A stretch of DNA of 64,000 nucleotides, from assembly GCA_045544195.1 (NCBI GenBank), contig JAZPYO010000034.1, forward strand, positions 18,881 to 82,880. The letters are read 5' to 3'. Shown here piece by piece: positions 17,656 through 27,834 of the stretch (positions are counted from its first letter, which is position 1; each line of letters starts with the position of its first letter). The notes under the pieces are model-generated. The model did not search any database, was not told where the DNA came from, and saw only the letters and a program-made list of their open reading frames with translations. The position numbers and the translations under genes are program-made. Source of the stretch: Eubacteriales bacterium (GTDB taxonomy: Bacteria > Bacillota > Clostridia > Oscillospirales > CAG-272).

Positions 17656-18374
17656 GATTTTTTATAAACAGAAGCGATATCTGCGGAAATACTGTTGAAA
17701 TAACGGGAGATGACTGTGTTCACATAGGAGTCTCCCTGCGTTCACGTCCGGGACAGAAAATAACCGTCTGTGATGAGCAGATGCGTGAATATGACTGTGT
17801 GATAACATCGATAAGTCAGACGAGAGTGCTTGCAGATATCGTCGATATTCGCTCGGCAACGACAGAGCCAAACGTTAAGATACACTTGTATCAGTCGATA
17901 GCCAAGGGCGATAAGCTCGATCTTATCGTTCAGAAAACGACAGAGATAGGCGTATGTGATATAACTCTTGTGGACAGCAAAAGATGCGTTGCCAAATATG
18001 ACGGTAAGACGGCTGAAAAGAAGGTAGAACGCCTGTCCAGGATCGCCGAAAGCGCTGCAAAGCAAAGCGGCAGGGCAGCAGTTCCCGCAGTAAATGCACC
18101 TGTACCGTTTGAAAAGGCGGTAAAAGAAGCGCAGGGACTAAAGATATTCTGTTATGAGCTTGAGCAGTCGGTTTCCTTCAGACAGATACTTTCGTCATCC
18201 TGCACAAATGAGATATCCGTATTTGTAGGACCTGAGGGCGGATATACTGATGATGAGGCAGCGTATGCAGTTGACCACGGAGCAATGGCGGTAACGCTGG
18301 GCAAGCGCATTTTAAGGTGTGAGACCGCACCGATATTTGCTATTTCGTGCATAATCTACGAAACGGAGCTGTAA
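17652..18374 (+). CDS. rsmE: 16S rRNA (uracil1498-N3)-methyltransferase
   Basis: MRFFI start inside an ATGA overlap with the upstream stop. LYQSIAKGDKLDLIVQKTTEIGV and VFVGPEGGYTDDE...LGKRILRCETA SPOUT motifs are present. Confidence 0.85.
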   Translation: MRFFINRSDICGNTVEITGDDCVHIGVSLRSRPGQKITVCDEQMREYDCVITSISQTRVLADIVDIRSATTEPNVKIHLYQSIAKGDKLDLIVQKTTEIGVCDITLVDSKRCVAKYDGKTAEKKVERLSRIAESAAKQSGRAAVPAVNAPVPFEKAVKEAQGLKIFCYELEQSVSFRQILSSSCTNEISVFVGPEGGYTDDEAAYAVDHGAMAVTLGKRILRCETAPIFAISCIIYETEL

Positions 18375-18450
18375 TTCATCATTTTAAGTGCGAATATTGT
18401 AATTACGACGAAAAAACTTTGAAAATTTATATTAATTTATCAATTTTTTA

Positions 18451-18479
18451 TTGATTTTTTACAACTAAATCTATATAAT
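18451..18479 (+). promoter_or_regulatory. Sigma-A-type promoter upstream of the PucR-type regulator
   Basis: TTGATT (18451-18456), 17-nt spacer, TATAAT (18474-18479). Confidence 0.45.
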
Positions 18480-18545
18480 ATATAAGGTATGTGCAATTTA
18501 TCATATTGTGCTGCAATTTTACTTTTTGTTTTTTATGGAGGACGT

Positions 18546-19634
18546 ATGTCTAACAGATTGATTCAGGGTGTAATTCACCAGATGAAAGATGTAGTGAACA
18601 GGGTTATCGGAGTTATCGACGAAAACGGCGTTATCGTTTCCTGTTCAGAGCTTGTAAAAATAGGTGAGACCCGTCAGGGCATCAGAGATGAGCTTGCATA
18701 TACGACGGATGCAGTATATTCTAAGGGTTATACATATCGCCCGATAGGCAATTCCGCTAAATCGGAGTACGTTGTTTTCGTTGAAGGGGAGGACGAGCTT
18801 GCTGATAAAATATCCGCAGTTCTCGCCATTTCGCTTTCCAATATCAAAAATTTTTATGATGAAAAATACGATAAAGCGTCATTTATCAAAAATATCATTC
18901 TTGACAACATTCTTCCCAGTGATATATTTATCAAATCAAAGGAGCTTCATTTTTCGACCGATGTCACAAGAGTTGTCATTCTGGTCAAATTCAGCGGTAA
19001 TACCGATGGAGTTCCGTTCGATATGATATCGAGTATGTTTCCTGATAAGAATAAGGACTATGTCATCAGTGTAGGTGAACAGGACATAGTTCTCGTCAAG
19101 GAAATGAAGACGGGATACGAGTCAACAGATGTATTGAAAATAGCACAGACGATCTATGATACGATCTCATCGGAGTTTCTTGTCAAGGGCCTTTCCGTCG
19201 GTATCGGCTCAGCGGCAGAAAACGTAAAGGATCTTGCACGTTCGTTCAAGGAGGCGCAGGTAGCCTTGGAGGTCGGAAAGGTATTTGACACCGAAAAGGA
19301 TATTATCGCATACGAAAATCTCGGTATCGGCAGATTGATATATCAGCTTCCGACCACGCTTTGCGAAATGTTCTTGCAGGAGGTATTCAAAAAGGGATCG
19401 CTTGAATCTCTTGACAGGGAAACTCTTATGACCATTCAGGCATTTTTTGAAAATAACCTCAACGTGTCCGAAACATCCAGAAAGCTTTTTGTTCACCGTA
19501 ATACGTTAGTTTACAGACTTGACAAGATCAAAAAAATGACAGGGCTTGATCTGCGTGAGTTTGAGCACGCAATAACATTCAAGGTTGCCCTTATGGTTAA
19601 AAAATACCTTACAAGCAAGCCTGCCAAGTTTTGA
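18546..19634 (+). CDS. PucR/CdaR-family transcriptional regulator
   Basis: C-terminal PucR-type HTH NVSETSRKLFVHRNTLVYRLDKIKKMTGLDLREFEHA. The GGAGG RBS favours ATG 18546. Confidence 0.7.
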   Translation: MSNRLIQGVIHQMKDVVNRVIGVIDENGVIVSCSELVKIGETRQGIRDELAYTTDAVYSKGYTYRPIGNSAKSEYVVFVEGEDELADKISAVLAISLSNIKNFYDEKYDKASFIKNIILDNILPSDIFIKSKELHFSTDVTRVVILVKFSGNTDGVPFDMISSMFPDKNKDYVISVGEQDIVLVKEMKTGYESTDVLKIAQTIYDTISSEFLVKGLSVGIGSAAENVKDLARSFKEAQVALEVGKVFDTEKDIIAYENLGIGRLIYQLPTTLCEMFLQEVFKKGSLESLDRETLMTIQAFFENNLNVSETSRKLFVHRNTLVYRLDKIKKMTGLDLREFEHAITFKVALMVKKYLTSKPAKF

Positions 19635-19673
19635 TCTGTCCTTGCCCCCTGAAAAACGGGAGAAAGAAGACTT

Positions 19674-20363
19674 ATGATCAAATTTAAAAATGTATCTGCA
19701 CAGTACAAGAATGCAGACGGTCAGAATGCATTGAGTGATATCAACTTGACAATTGAGGATGGTGAATTTGTATTTCTGACAGGCCCTTCGGGTGCAGGTA
19801 AATCTACTCTTATGAAGCTCCTTTTGCGTGAGGAAACTCCCAAGACGGGCACAATACAGGTCGATGACTACGACCTGAATTCGCTTAAAACACGAAAGAT
19901 CCCGTTTTACAGACGTAATTTAGGGATAGTTTTTCAGGACTATAAGCTCTTTGAAAAAAGCACGGTATACGAGAATGTCGCATTTGCAATGCGCGCAGTA
20001 GGCGCTCCCAACAGAATAATCAGAAAGCGTGTCAACTCCATATTAGATATCCTTGATATAAAAGATAAGAGCGATAAATTTCCCCGTCACCTTTCGGGCG
20101 GCGAACGCCAGAGAGTTGCCATAGCAAGAGCTGTTGTAAACAATCCGAGCATTATTATCGCAGATGAGGCTACATCAAACCTTCATGCCAAGCTCAGAAA
20201 CGAGATAATGCAGATACTTACCGGCTTCAATAATTCGGGTAAAACGGTTATCGTGATAACGCATGACCTTTTTATGCTTGAAAAGTTCAATAAACGTGTT
20301 ATCACTCTTGAGAAGGGTGAGATCGTAAGTGACACAGGAAACGGCGGTGGGATAAATGGGTAA
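19674..20363 (+). CDS. ftsE: Cell division ATP-binding protein FtsE
   Basis: Walker A GPSGAGKST, ABC signature LSGGERQRVAIARA, Walker B IIIADE. 229 aa, overlapping the ftsX start. Confidence 0.9.
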   Translation: MIKFKNVSAQYKNADGQNALSDINLTIEDGEFVFLTGPSGAGKSTLMKLLLREETPKTGTIQVDDYDLNSLKTRKIPFYRRNLGIVFQDYKLFEKSTVYENVAFAMRAVGAPNRIIRKRVNSILDILDIKDKSDKFPRHLSGGERQRVAIARAVVNNPSIIIADEATSNLHAKLRNEIMQILTGFNNSGKTVIVITHDLFMLEKFNKRVITLEKGEIVSDTGNGGGING

Positions 20364-22140
20364 ATACAGTATTACATATCTCATTTCCAGAGGCTTTCAC
20401 AGCCTTGCCCGAAACGGCTTTATGACGCTTGCCTCGTGCATAATCCTTACAGGCTGTCTGCTTATAACAGGGTGTCTTGGACTTGTGTTCTACAACGCTT
20501 ATGTCAATATCAATGAGCTTGACGGTCTTAATGAGATCGTTTGTATGTGCGATTACGATCTGCCTGAGGGAGAAGAGAAGATAATTGAGGAAAAGATCAA
20601 GGCGCTCGAAAATGTTCAAAGCGTACAGTTTATTTCCAAAGAAGATGCTTTCGCTGAACAAATAAAGCAATATTCCTCATTTCCAAATATTCTGAATTTC
20701 TTTAAAGATACTCAATCGGATGTTGATACAACTGCACCTGCAGTTGACACACAGACCCCCGCTGAAGATCCTCTTCCCATTACTCTTGAGCAGGAGGTCG
20801 AAAGGGCGTTGGCGTCAAGAAGCTCGCTTTCAAGCTATACATACAACACAGCCATTTCGACAAAGCTCAACGGCATTGCCGCTGATATTACCGCTAAGGA
20901 GCAGCTTATAAAGCAAAAGGACAACTCTCTGCACCTGTCCGAAACGTATATGGCTGATACCACCGTTGAAGCGCTTTATTATAAGGACGGCTCACTTTAT
21001 GCAATTGTTGACGGCGCGGCCCTTACAGGCAGTGTCGATCAGAACGATTACTTATCCCACGCTTCCGATAACGGCATGATAATGCTTTATACCGTTGATT
21101 TCTATAACAAATTCATCAACTATACCGAAGCTGAAGAAAACGGCGGCAAGCGTGTTGCCATGTCAGGCATTAACAGCTATGTTATAGTAGATTTCTTTGA
21201 TCTTTCGTCAATTGTCGGCGAGGATTCGGAAATAACTGTAAAAAGCTGCAATGCGAGCGTTTTCATCAATGCAGACGGAAATATCACACAGGAGAAGTTT
21301 TCCGCTATTATAAGCGTTGTTCCTGCGGGCGATGAAAACGGATTTGAAATATCCATTGATTATACAGCCGCACTGTCGGATATAAATTCTCTTGACAGTA
21401 TTGAATTTGACCAGGCAGTTCTCGGTGCTTATACGGCCGATGCGGATATTGCCGATAAGCTCGGAATAAAGCACGTTGAACAGAACGATAACAACGAAAC
21501 TCAGGCCGCTCCCGAAACAGCTTTTGATACGGATGCTCAAACAGATGCTGCGACTACTGTCGGCGTATCGGGAATAAACAAGGACACATTTGACAAAAAT
21601 CCGCTGTCCGATGCTTTTAAGGTCGTTTATAACGATATTGAGAGCATTTCAAAATTACGTGATGAGCTGACTGCCATCGACGGAATAAGAACGGTTGAGG
21701 ATGCTGCTGATGCGGCAAAGACTCTTGATGCGTTCAAAAACGTAATTTTGCTGTTCTTTATTTTACTGATGATCGTTTTGGTGACGATCTCATGTATCAT
21801 TAACGTTTACACGATAAATATGGCGATAACAACACGACAGGATGAAATACTCGTTATGCGATACGTTGGTGCAACGGGATTCTTTATATCGTTCCCGTTT
21901 ATGTTTGAGTCTGCAATGATAGGACTTATATCGGCAGTTCTCGCATACATATGTCAGTTTGCCGCGTACGGCTATGTTTCAAGTATAGTTATCGGCTCTG
22001 AGCAGGAAATAGCGTCCTTCGTTTCAGTCGTTCCGTTTTCTGAAATATGGTTCGTTGTACTTGCCGCCAATATAGTCATCTCTGTTGCAACTTGTCTTAT
22101 CGGCTGCACAATGTCCACGAAGAAACACATTAAGGTTTAA
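20356..22140 (+). CDS. ftsX: FtsX-family permease with a greatly enlarged extracellular domain
   Basis: The N-terminus (SLARNGFMTLASCIIL), core extracellular-domain segments (VQSVQFISKEDAFAEQIK and NPLSDAFKVVYND) and the C-terminal TM bundle with VMRYVGATGFFISFPF all match FtsX. The protein is 594 aa, whereas about 300 aa is typical. Confidence 0.8.
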   Translation: MGKYSITYLISRGFHSLARNGFMTLASCIILTGCLLITGCLGLVFYNAYVNINELDGLNEIVCMCDYDLPEGEEKIIEEKIKALENVQSVQFISKEDAFAEQIKQYSSFPNILNFFKDTQSDVDTTAPAVDTQTPAEDPLPITLEQEVERALASRSSLSSYTYNTAISTKLNGIAADITAKEQLIKQKDNSLHLSETYMADTTVEALYYKDGSLYAIVDGAALTGSVDQNDYLSHASDNGMIMLYTVDFYNKFINYTEAEENGGKRVAMSGINSYVIVDFFDLSSIVGEDSEITVKSCNASVFINADGNITQEKFSAIISVVPAGDENGFEISIDYTAALSDINSLDSIEFDQAVLGAYTADADIADKLGIKHVEQNDNNETQAAPETAFDTDAQTDAATTVGVSGINKDTFDKNPLSDAFKVVYNDIESISKLRDELTAIDGIRTVEDAADAAKTLDAFKNVILLFFILLMIVLVTISCIINVYTINMAITTRQDEILVMRYVGATGFFISFPFMFESAMIGLISAVLAYICQFAAYGYVSSIVIGSEQEIASFVSVVPFSEIWFVVLAANIVISVATCLIGCTMSTKKHIKV

Positions 22141-22154
22141 AGGAAAGGTATTAT

Positions 22155-23564
22155 ATGATTTTTAACACAAAAAGAGCTATCGCCCTGATAATCTCACTTG
22201 CGATGCTTCTATGTGCTTTTACAGTTACAGCATCAGCAAAGAAGATCTCGCAAAGCGATATTGATGCTTTGCAAAATCAGATCAACCGTGCCGATGCGGA
22301 AATTGACAAGCTGGCAAATAATAAAAGTGAGCTTGAGCAGCAGCGCGCAGAGCTTGCAAAGCAGCTTGCAGAGCTTCAGAATGAAACTGAATACAATGCT
22401 GAAAAGAAGCGTTTGCTTGATCTTCAGCTTCAGTACGTTATGTCAGAGCTTACGATAGCTCAGGAGCTTATTATGCAGTGCGAAAATGAGCTGGCGATGA
22501 AAAACAGCCTTCTTGAATCGACCGCAACCGAGCTTGAAGAGCAAAAAACGCTGTTTGTAGAGCTGTTCAGAAGCAATTACGAATCGGGCTCCTCAAAGCT
22601 GAAGTATCTTGAAATATTGCTTACATCACGTTCTATTTCCGATTTTATTCTCAATCTGCAGTACATAGGCAGTATACTTGATTACGAGCAGCATCTGCTT
22701 GAATCTACTGAAAGCCTTATGATCATGTATGAAAGCCAGGTCGTAGATCTTGAAGAAACTCAGAAAGAGCAAAGTCTGAATAAGGCGGTTCTCGAAGAGA
22801 AAAAGGAGCTTGTGGATATCGTATCTGCCGAAACGGCCTTGTACATACAGAAGCTTTACGAGGATATGGAGCAGGCGAAGGAAATACACGATAAGCTCCA
22901 TGATGATGAGCTTGCAGTTCTTGACGAGCTGAAGGAGCTTGAGGACAAAAAGGACGATCTTATCTACTCAAAGGAAGAGCTTGAAGAGGAATATCTTGAG
23001 CAGCTTCGCAAGGAAGAGGAAGAAAAGAAGCGTCAGGAGGAAGAGGAGAAGCGTAAGCAGGAGGAAGCCAATAAAAACAATCAGAGCAGCGGCGGTAACA
23101 CATCGTCGTCGGGCGGTCTGATGTATGAAAACGGCTGGTGCTTCCCGGTTGACTATAATAAGGCGAAATACACGGATAACTTTGGATGGCGTCCCGATCC
23201 GTTCGGAAGCAGCAAGCGTGTGTACCATCACGGTATAGACCTTGCACTCGGTGCAGGTAATAACATTTATGCAGTTGACTCGGGCACAGTGCTTATATCA
23301 AAATATTCAAGCACGCTCGGAAACTATGTAGTTATTCTGCACGCAAACGGATATAAAACGTATTACGCTCACGCATCAAAGCTCTACGCTAAGGTTGGCG
23401 ACCGTGTGTCAAGAGGCGAGGTAATTGCACTTGTAGGAACAACAGGCTCTTCCACGGGTAACCATCTGCATTTCGCTGTTGTAACACCTGACGGAGATTA
23501 TACAGATCCTGAAAACTTTTTCGGAAAGCTCCTCGGAGCCATGAAAAAGTATTATATCGATTGA
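22155..23564 (+). CDS. Secreted coiled-coil M23 (LytM) peptidase; EnvC/PcsB-like partner of FtsEX
   Basis: Signal peptide, then about 300 aa of heptad-rich coiled coil, an E/K-rich and Ser/Gly linker, then an intact LytM domain (YHHGIDLA, GSSTGNHLHFAV). Confidence 0.85.
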   Translation: MIFNTKRAIALIISLAMLLCAFTVTASAKKISQSDIDALQNQINRADAEIDKLANNKSELEQQRAELAKQLAELQNETEYNAEKKRLLDLQLQYVMSELTIAQELIMQCENELAMKNSLLESTATELEEQKTLFVELFRSNYESGSSKLKYLEILLTSRSISDFILNLQYIGSILDYEQHLLESTESLMIMYESQVVDLEETQKEQSLNKAVLEEKKELVDIVSAETALYIQKLYEDMEQAKEIHDKLHDDELAVLDELKELEDKKDDLIYSKEELEEEYLEQLRKEEEEKKRQEEEEKRKQEEANKNNQSSGGNTSSSGGLMYENGWCFPVDYNKAKYTDNFGWRPDPFGSSKRVYHHGIDLALGAGNNIYAVDSGTVLISKYSSTLGNYVVILHANGYKTYYAHASKLYAKVGDRVSRGEVIALVGTTGSSTGNHLHFAVVTPDGDYTDPENFFGKLLGAMKKYYID

Positions 23565-23661
23565 TCTTGGCATATAATAAAACTACCGGGCAGGCTTTTG
23601 CGGCTTGTCCGGATAGTTTGTAATTAACAGTATTGGTTTTAGCTTGATTTATAGGAAAAAT

Positions 23662-25008
23662 ATGAACGAAAACGAATTTGAACAGCAGAATAGTGAAGCA
23701 ATAGAAGCCGAGGATCTTGCACAGAAAAGCATTTCCCAAGAAGATCATATAGGTTCGGAAAATGAACCGACCGCGCAAACGCAGCAGCCGGAGCAGAATG
23801 CATTACAAAAGCCGAAAAAGCAGTACGTAATATCGTATTTCAAGGCGATAGTGCTTGTATTGCTTACTGCAATACTTGTTTTTCAGACAACATATCTCGG
23901 CGTCAGCCAAAAGTATCAGCGTCAGCTAAAGCAGCTTGTTAACAGCGGATTTTCAGAGGCGAAAATACAGGAAATAAGCCGCATATATAGAGAAAATTTT
24001 ATCTATGATTACAGTGAAGACGATATTCTCAATGGCTTGATCTACGGCTTTATTGCAGGTACCGGTGACAGATACGGAAAATACTATACGGCGGATGAAT
24101 ACAAGAGCTTTATAGCCTCTTTAGACGATAAGGGTGTCGGTATAGGCGTTATAGTCGGTCACAATACCACCGAAAATTCTATTGAAATATATAAGGTATT
24201 CAAGGACTCTCCTGCCGATAAGTCCGGAATAAAGGTAGGCGACCACATACTTGCCGTTGACGGTAAGTATCTTACAGAGGTCGGCTATGATAAGGCGACC
24301 GATCTTATTATCGGACAGATCGGTACAGCTGTTGCGCTGACAGTCAAAAATGAAAACGGCACATCGCAGATAAATGTCACAAGAAGCGAATATACAACAA
24401 CTACCGTTGACCATTCACTGCTGGACGGTAATATCGGCTATGTAAAGATCACTAATTTTTACGCAAATACCCCGACCGAGCTTAAAAATGCGATCTCAGA
24501 CCTGAAGATGCAAAAGGCGAGCAGTGTTATTTTCGATCTGCGTGATAATTCCGGCGGCTCGCTTAATTCTATCAAGGAAACGCTCGAATATATGTTGCCT
24601 GAGGGTGATATGTTCAAGATAATCGATAAAGCGAAGAACGAAGAGGTATTTAAATCAAAGGGTCCCGGCTTTGATCTGCCTGCGGTAATTCTGACAAATG
24701 GGTATACAGCTTCAGCAGCGGAGCTGTTTACATCGGCACTCGCAGATTACGATATGGCGGTTACGGTCGGTACAAAAACGCACGGTAAAGGCTCTGTATC
24801 ATCGCCGTTCCGCTTAAGCGACGGATCATATATTTACCTTTCCGCAGCGCTTTATTATCCGCCAAAATCGGATAATTTCGATAAGATCGGCATAACTCCC
24901 GACCACATAGTTGAGCTTTCGGAGGAATTTTCAAACGTAAGTCTTTACAAACTCGCATACGAAAACGACGATCAGCTCAAATACGCTGTTGCATTGCTGA
25001 AAAAATAA
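23662..25008 (+). CDS. S41 family C-terminal processing peptidase with a PDZ domain
   Basis: N-terminal TM anchor, PDZ domain (SPADKSGIKVGDHILAVDG) and S41 core (LRDNSGGS, TNGYTASAAELF, THGKGS). Confidence 0.85.
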   Translation: MNENEFEQQNSEAIEAEDLAQKSISQEDHIGSENEPTAQTQQPEQNALQKPKKQYVISYFKAIVLVLLTAILVFQTTYLGVSQKYQRQLKQLVNSGFSEAKIQEISRIYRENFIYDYSEDDILNGLIYGFIAGTGDRYGKYYTADEYKSFIASLDDKGVGIGVIVGHNTTENSIEIYKVFKDSPADKSGIKVGDHILAVDGKYLTEVGYDKATDLIIGQIGTAVALTVKNENGTSQINVTRSEYTTTTVDHSLLDGNIGYVKITNFYANTPTELKNAISDLKMQKASSVIFDLRDNSGGSLNSIKETLEYMLPEGDMFKIIDKAKNEEVFKSKGPGFDLPAVILTNGYTASAAELFTSALADYDMAVTVGTKTHGKGSVSSPFRLSDGSYIYLSAALYYPPKSDNFDKIGITPDHIVELSEEFSNVSLYKLAYENDDQLKYAVALLKK

Positions 25009-25056
25009 ATTATTGTATAATTTTTATATTGTATATAAAGAAAGAGGTACGGATAA

Positions 25057-25533
25057 ATGGCAGAAAACATTATTAAAATAACCGAAGAAGGTTATAAAAA
25101 ATTACAGGAAGAGCTTGACTATCTTCGCACGGTCAAAAGAAACGAGGTAAGAGAGAGCGTTAAGGTCGCTCGTTCCTTCGGTGACTTGTCGGAAAACGCT
25201 GAGTACGATGCAGCCCGCAATGAGCAGGCTCAGGTCGAAGCGCAGATCGCAGAGCTTGAAGAAAAGATTTCCAGAATGCAGGTAGTTTCCGATGATGAGG
25301 TAACTACGGACAAGGTAAATGTAGGCTCAAAGGTCAAAATACACAACGCTACTTATGACGAATACGTTGAGTATTATCTCGTTGGCTCTACGGAGGCAGA
25401 TCCCTTTGAAAACAAGATTTCGGACACCTCTCCCGTAGGTAAAGCAATAATCGGCGCTAAAGTAGGCGACACAGTAACAGTTCGTCTTCCCAAGGGTGAC
25501 GTTAAGATTATAATTCTTGAGATCAGCAAATAA
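25057..25533 (+). CDS. greA: Transcription elongation factor GreA
   Basis: 158 aa. [16 protein letters not shown]...[17 protein letters not shown] coiled coil plus a C-terminal globular domain [14 protein letters not shown]. Confidence 0.92.
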   Translation: MAENIIKITEEGYKKLQEELDYLRTVKRNEVRESVKVARSFGDLSENAEYDAARNEQAQVEAQIAELEEKISRMQVVSDDEVTTDKVNVGSKVKIHNATYDEYVEYYLVGSTEADPFENKISDTSPVGKAIIGAKVGDTVTVRLPKGDVKIIILEISK

Positions 25534-25547
25534 GAAAGGGCATTAAA

Positions 25548-27044
25548 ATGAGCGAAGAATTGAATGTGACAGAACAAAGCGAAGAGCTTGATATGTCTTC
25601 GGAGCTTGTCATCAGAAGGGCAAAGCTCGACGCACTTAAAAGCGAGGGAAAGAATCCGTTTGAGGTTACAAAATATGAGGTGACTGCAGAAGCTGCAGTT
25701 ATCAAAGAAAATTTTGAAGAGTACGAAAACAAAACTGTAAAGCTCGCGGGCAGAATTATGTCACGCAGAGATATGGGTAAGGCGAACTTTATAGATATCG
25801 CTGATTCAACGGGCAGGATCCAGGTCTATATAAAGATAGATGATGTTGGACAGGATGTGTTTGAAGCCTATAAAAAATGGGATATTGGTGATATCATAGG
25901 TATCGAAGGCTTTGTTTTCAGAACAAGACGCGGCGAGATCTCAATACACGCACAGGGTCTTATGCTTTTGACGAAATCTCTGCTTCCTCTGCCTGAAAAA
26001 TGGCACGGATTGAAGGATCAGGATACACGTTATCGCCGCAGATATGTTGATCTGATCGTAAATCCTGAGGTAAAGGACACATTTGTAAAGCGCTCGCAGA
26101 TAATCAGAGAGCTGAGAGCTTTCCTTGATGCAAAGGGATTTTTGGAGGTAGATACACCTGTTCTTCATACCCTGGAGATCGGAGCATCTGCACGTCCGTT
26201 TGTAACACACCATAACGCACTTGATATTGATATGTACCTGCGTATCGAAACAGAGCTTTATTTGAAGCGTCTTATCGTTGGCGGATTCAATAAGGTGTAT
26301 GAGGTGGGCAGAATATTCCGTAACGAAGGTATGGACATAAAGCACAACCCCGAGTTTACGACAATAGAGCTTTATCAGGCATATGCAGATTATCACGAAA
26401 TAATGGATCTTGTTGAAGAGCTCTATGTTCACATCACAAAAAAGATATGCGGAAGCGATGTCATAACATATCAGGGAACAGAGATCAATATGGCTTCTCC
26501 CTGGAAGCGTCTTACAATGGCTGAGGCTGTGAAAATGTACTCAGGCGAGGACTACTACGACTGGACATCTGATGAAGACGCCAGATCAAGAGCAAAGGCA
26601 AGAGGCGTCGAGGTCGAGGCAAATGCTGCAAAGGGAGATGTTCTTGCTGCATTCTTTGATGAATTCGTCGAGGACAAGCTCATTCAGCCTACATTCATTT
26701 ACGATTATCCCGTGGAGATTTCACCGCTTGCGAAGAGAAAGCCGGAGGATCCCGCGTTTACTGAACGTTTTGAGTTCTTTATCTACGCAAGAGAAATGGG
26801 TAATGCATTCTCCGAGCTTAACGATCCTATCGATCAGAGAGAAAGATTTGAGCGCCAGGTCATCGCAAAGCGCGCAACAGGTGCTAATGCAGAGGTAGAC
26901 GAGGACTTCATTATGGCTCTTGAATACGGCATGCCCCCCACAGGCGGCCTTGGTTTCGGTGTTGACCGATTGGTAATGCTCCTTACCGATAGCTACTCAA
27001 TTCGCGATGTTTTACTTTTCCCAACGATGAAGCCCATTGATTAA
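25548..27044 (+). CDS. lysS: Lysine--tRNA ligase (class II)
   Basis: 498 aa. OB anticodon domain ([21 protein letters not shown]), motif 2 [15 protein letters not shown], motif 3 [14 protein letters not shown]. Confidence 0.95.
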   Translation: MSEELNVTEQSEELDMSSELVIRRAKLDALKSEGKNPFEVTKYEVTAEAAVIKENFEEYENKTVKLAGRIMSRRDMGKANFIDIADSTGRIQVYIKIDDVGQDVFEAYKKWDIGDIIGIEGFVFRTRRGEISIHAQGLMLLTKSLLPLPEKWHGLKDQDTRYRRRYVDLIVNPEVKDTFVKRSQIIRELRAFLDAKGFLEVDTPVLHTLEIGASARPFVTHHNALDIDMYLRIETELYLKRLIVGGFNKVYEVGRIFRNEGMDIKHNPEFTTIELYQAYADYHEIMDLVEELYVHITKKICGSDVITYQGTEINMASPWKRLTMAEAVKMYSGEDYYDWTSDEDARSRAKARGVEVEANAAKGDVLAAFFDEFVEDKLIQPTFIYDYPVEISPLAKRKPEDPAFTERFEFFIYAREMGNAFSELNDPIDQRERFERQVIAKRATGANAEVDEDFIMALEYGMPPTGGLGFGVDRLVMLLTDSYSIRDVLLFPTMKPID

Positions 27045-27169
27045 GAAAATGGCGTAAAATAGCGGTATTGCAGGGTTTTTGAAACTCTATCAAAACTGTT
27101 TTACGACACATTTACGACAAATGAAAATTTAAGCAATAGATTCCCTGTGGCAAATGTCACAGGGAATTG

Positions 27170-27197
27170 TTGAATAATGACGGTAGTATGATATAAT
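27170..27197 (+). promoter_or_regulatory. Sigma-A-type promoter with extended -10
   Basis: TTGAAT (27170-27175), 16-nt spacer, TGaTATAAT (-10 at 27192-27197). It lies just after a hairpin at 27140-27167. Confidence 0.4.
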
Positions 27198-27232
27198 AAA
27201 GACATAAGCGGTATTCGTTAGGCGGTGATTTT

Positions 27233-27766
27233 ATGAAAAAATTTTTAAGCATTCTTGGAACGGGGTTAGGTATAATCATAGGTGTGCCTATAACCTTGGT
27301 TGTGTGTGTTGGATATTTGCTTTTTGTTCCATTTGATATAATCCGTTATCATAGAATGCCGTATTATAAAGACTTTGGAATTAAATATCAGTTTTTTATC
27401 ACATCAAGGGATATAGTGCAAATTTACAATCGCATTGTTCGAGAACAGTTGCCTATTGAATACGTCAAAAACAATGATTTTGAATACTTTTTAAAAAACG
27501 GGCAAGTGCTTTTGTGTGGATGGGGTTATGATGGGTTTGAACAAGTTGACGGCGAATGGTTTTTTGTTTTGGACGGTGAATGTAATACCAAAATGACAAT
27601 GAAAGAAACCCTTGAAAATGATGCAGATTTGTTAAAGCCTGAACATAAATGCCTGCCTGCGAAGTTCTTGGTTTTTTACAATGATATTACTGATGCGGAA
27701 AAATTTGAACAGGCAAAAGAGTGCCCGTATTTTCATTGTGTTTTTTCTGTGGATGAAGATATATGA
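27233..27766 (+). CDS. Hypothetical protein with an N-terminal TM anchor
   Basis: 177-aa ORF with a GGCGGTGA RBS and one hydrophobic helix (ILGTGLGIIIGVPITLVVCVGYLLFV). I recognised no motif. It looks more AT-rich than its neighbours by eye. Confidence 0.5.
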   Translation: MKKFLSILGTGLGIIIGVPITLVVCVGYLLFVPFDIIRYHRMPYYKDFGIKYQFFITSRDIVQIYNRIVREQLPIEYVKNNDFEYFLKNGQVLLCGWGYDGFEQVDGEWFFVLDGECNTKMTMKETLENDADLLKPEHKCLPAKFLVFYNDITDAEKFEQAKECPYFHCVFSVDEDI

Positions 27767-27773
27767 TAAAATT

Positions 27774-27809
27774 TTAAGGACTATGACACCAAAACTGTCA
27801 TAGTCCTTT
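27774..27809. terminator. Bidirectional terminator between convergent genes
   Basis: Perfect 13-bp stem AAGGACTATGACA / TGTCATAGTCCTT with T-rich and A-rich flanks. Confidence 0.65.
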
Positions 27810-27834
27810 TATAATGTATGTATAACGAGAATAT

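Noticed and set aside
27100-27119. The direct repeat TTTACGACA-ca-TTTACGACA (11-bp period) after lysS as an operator or att-site remnant.
   Set aside because: There are only two short copies, no matching copy at the other end of the AT-rich islet, and no associated recombinase.
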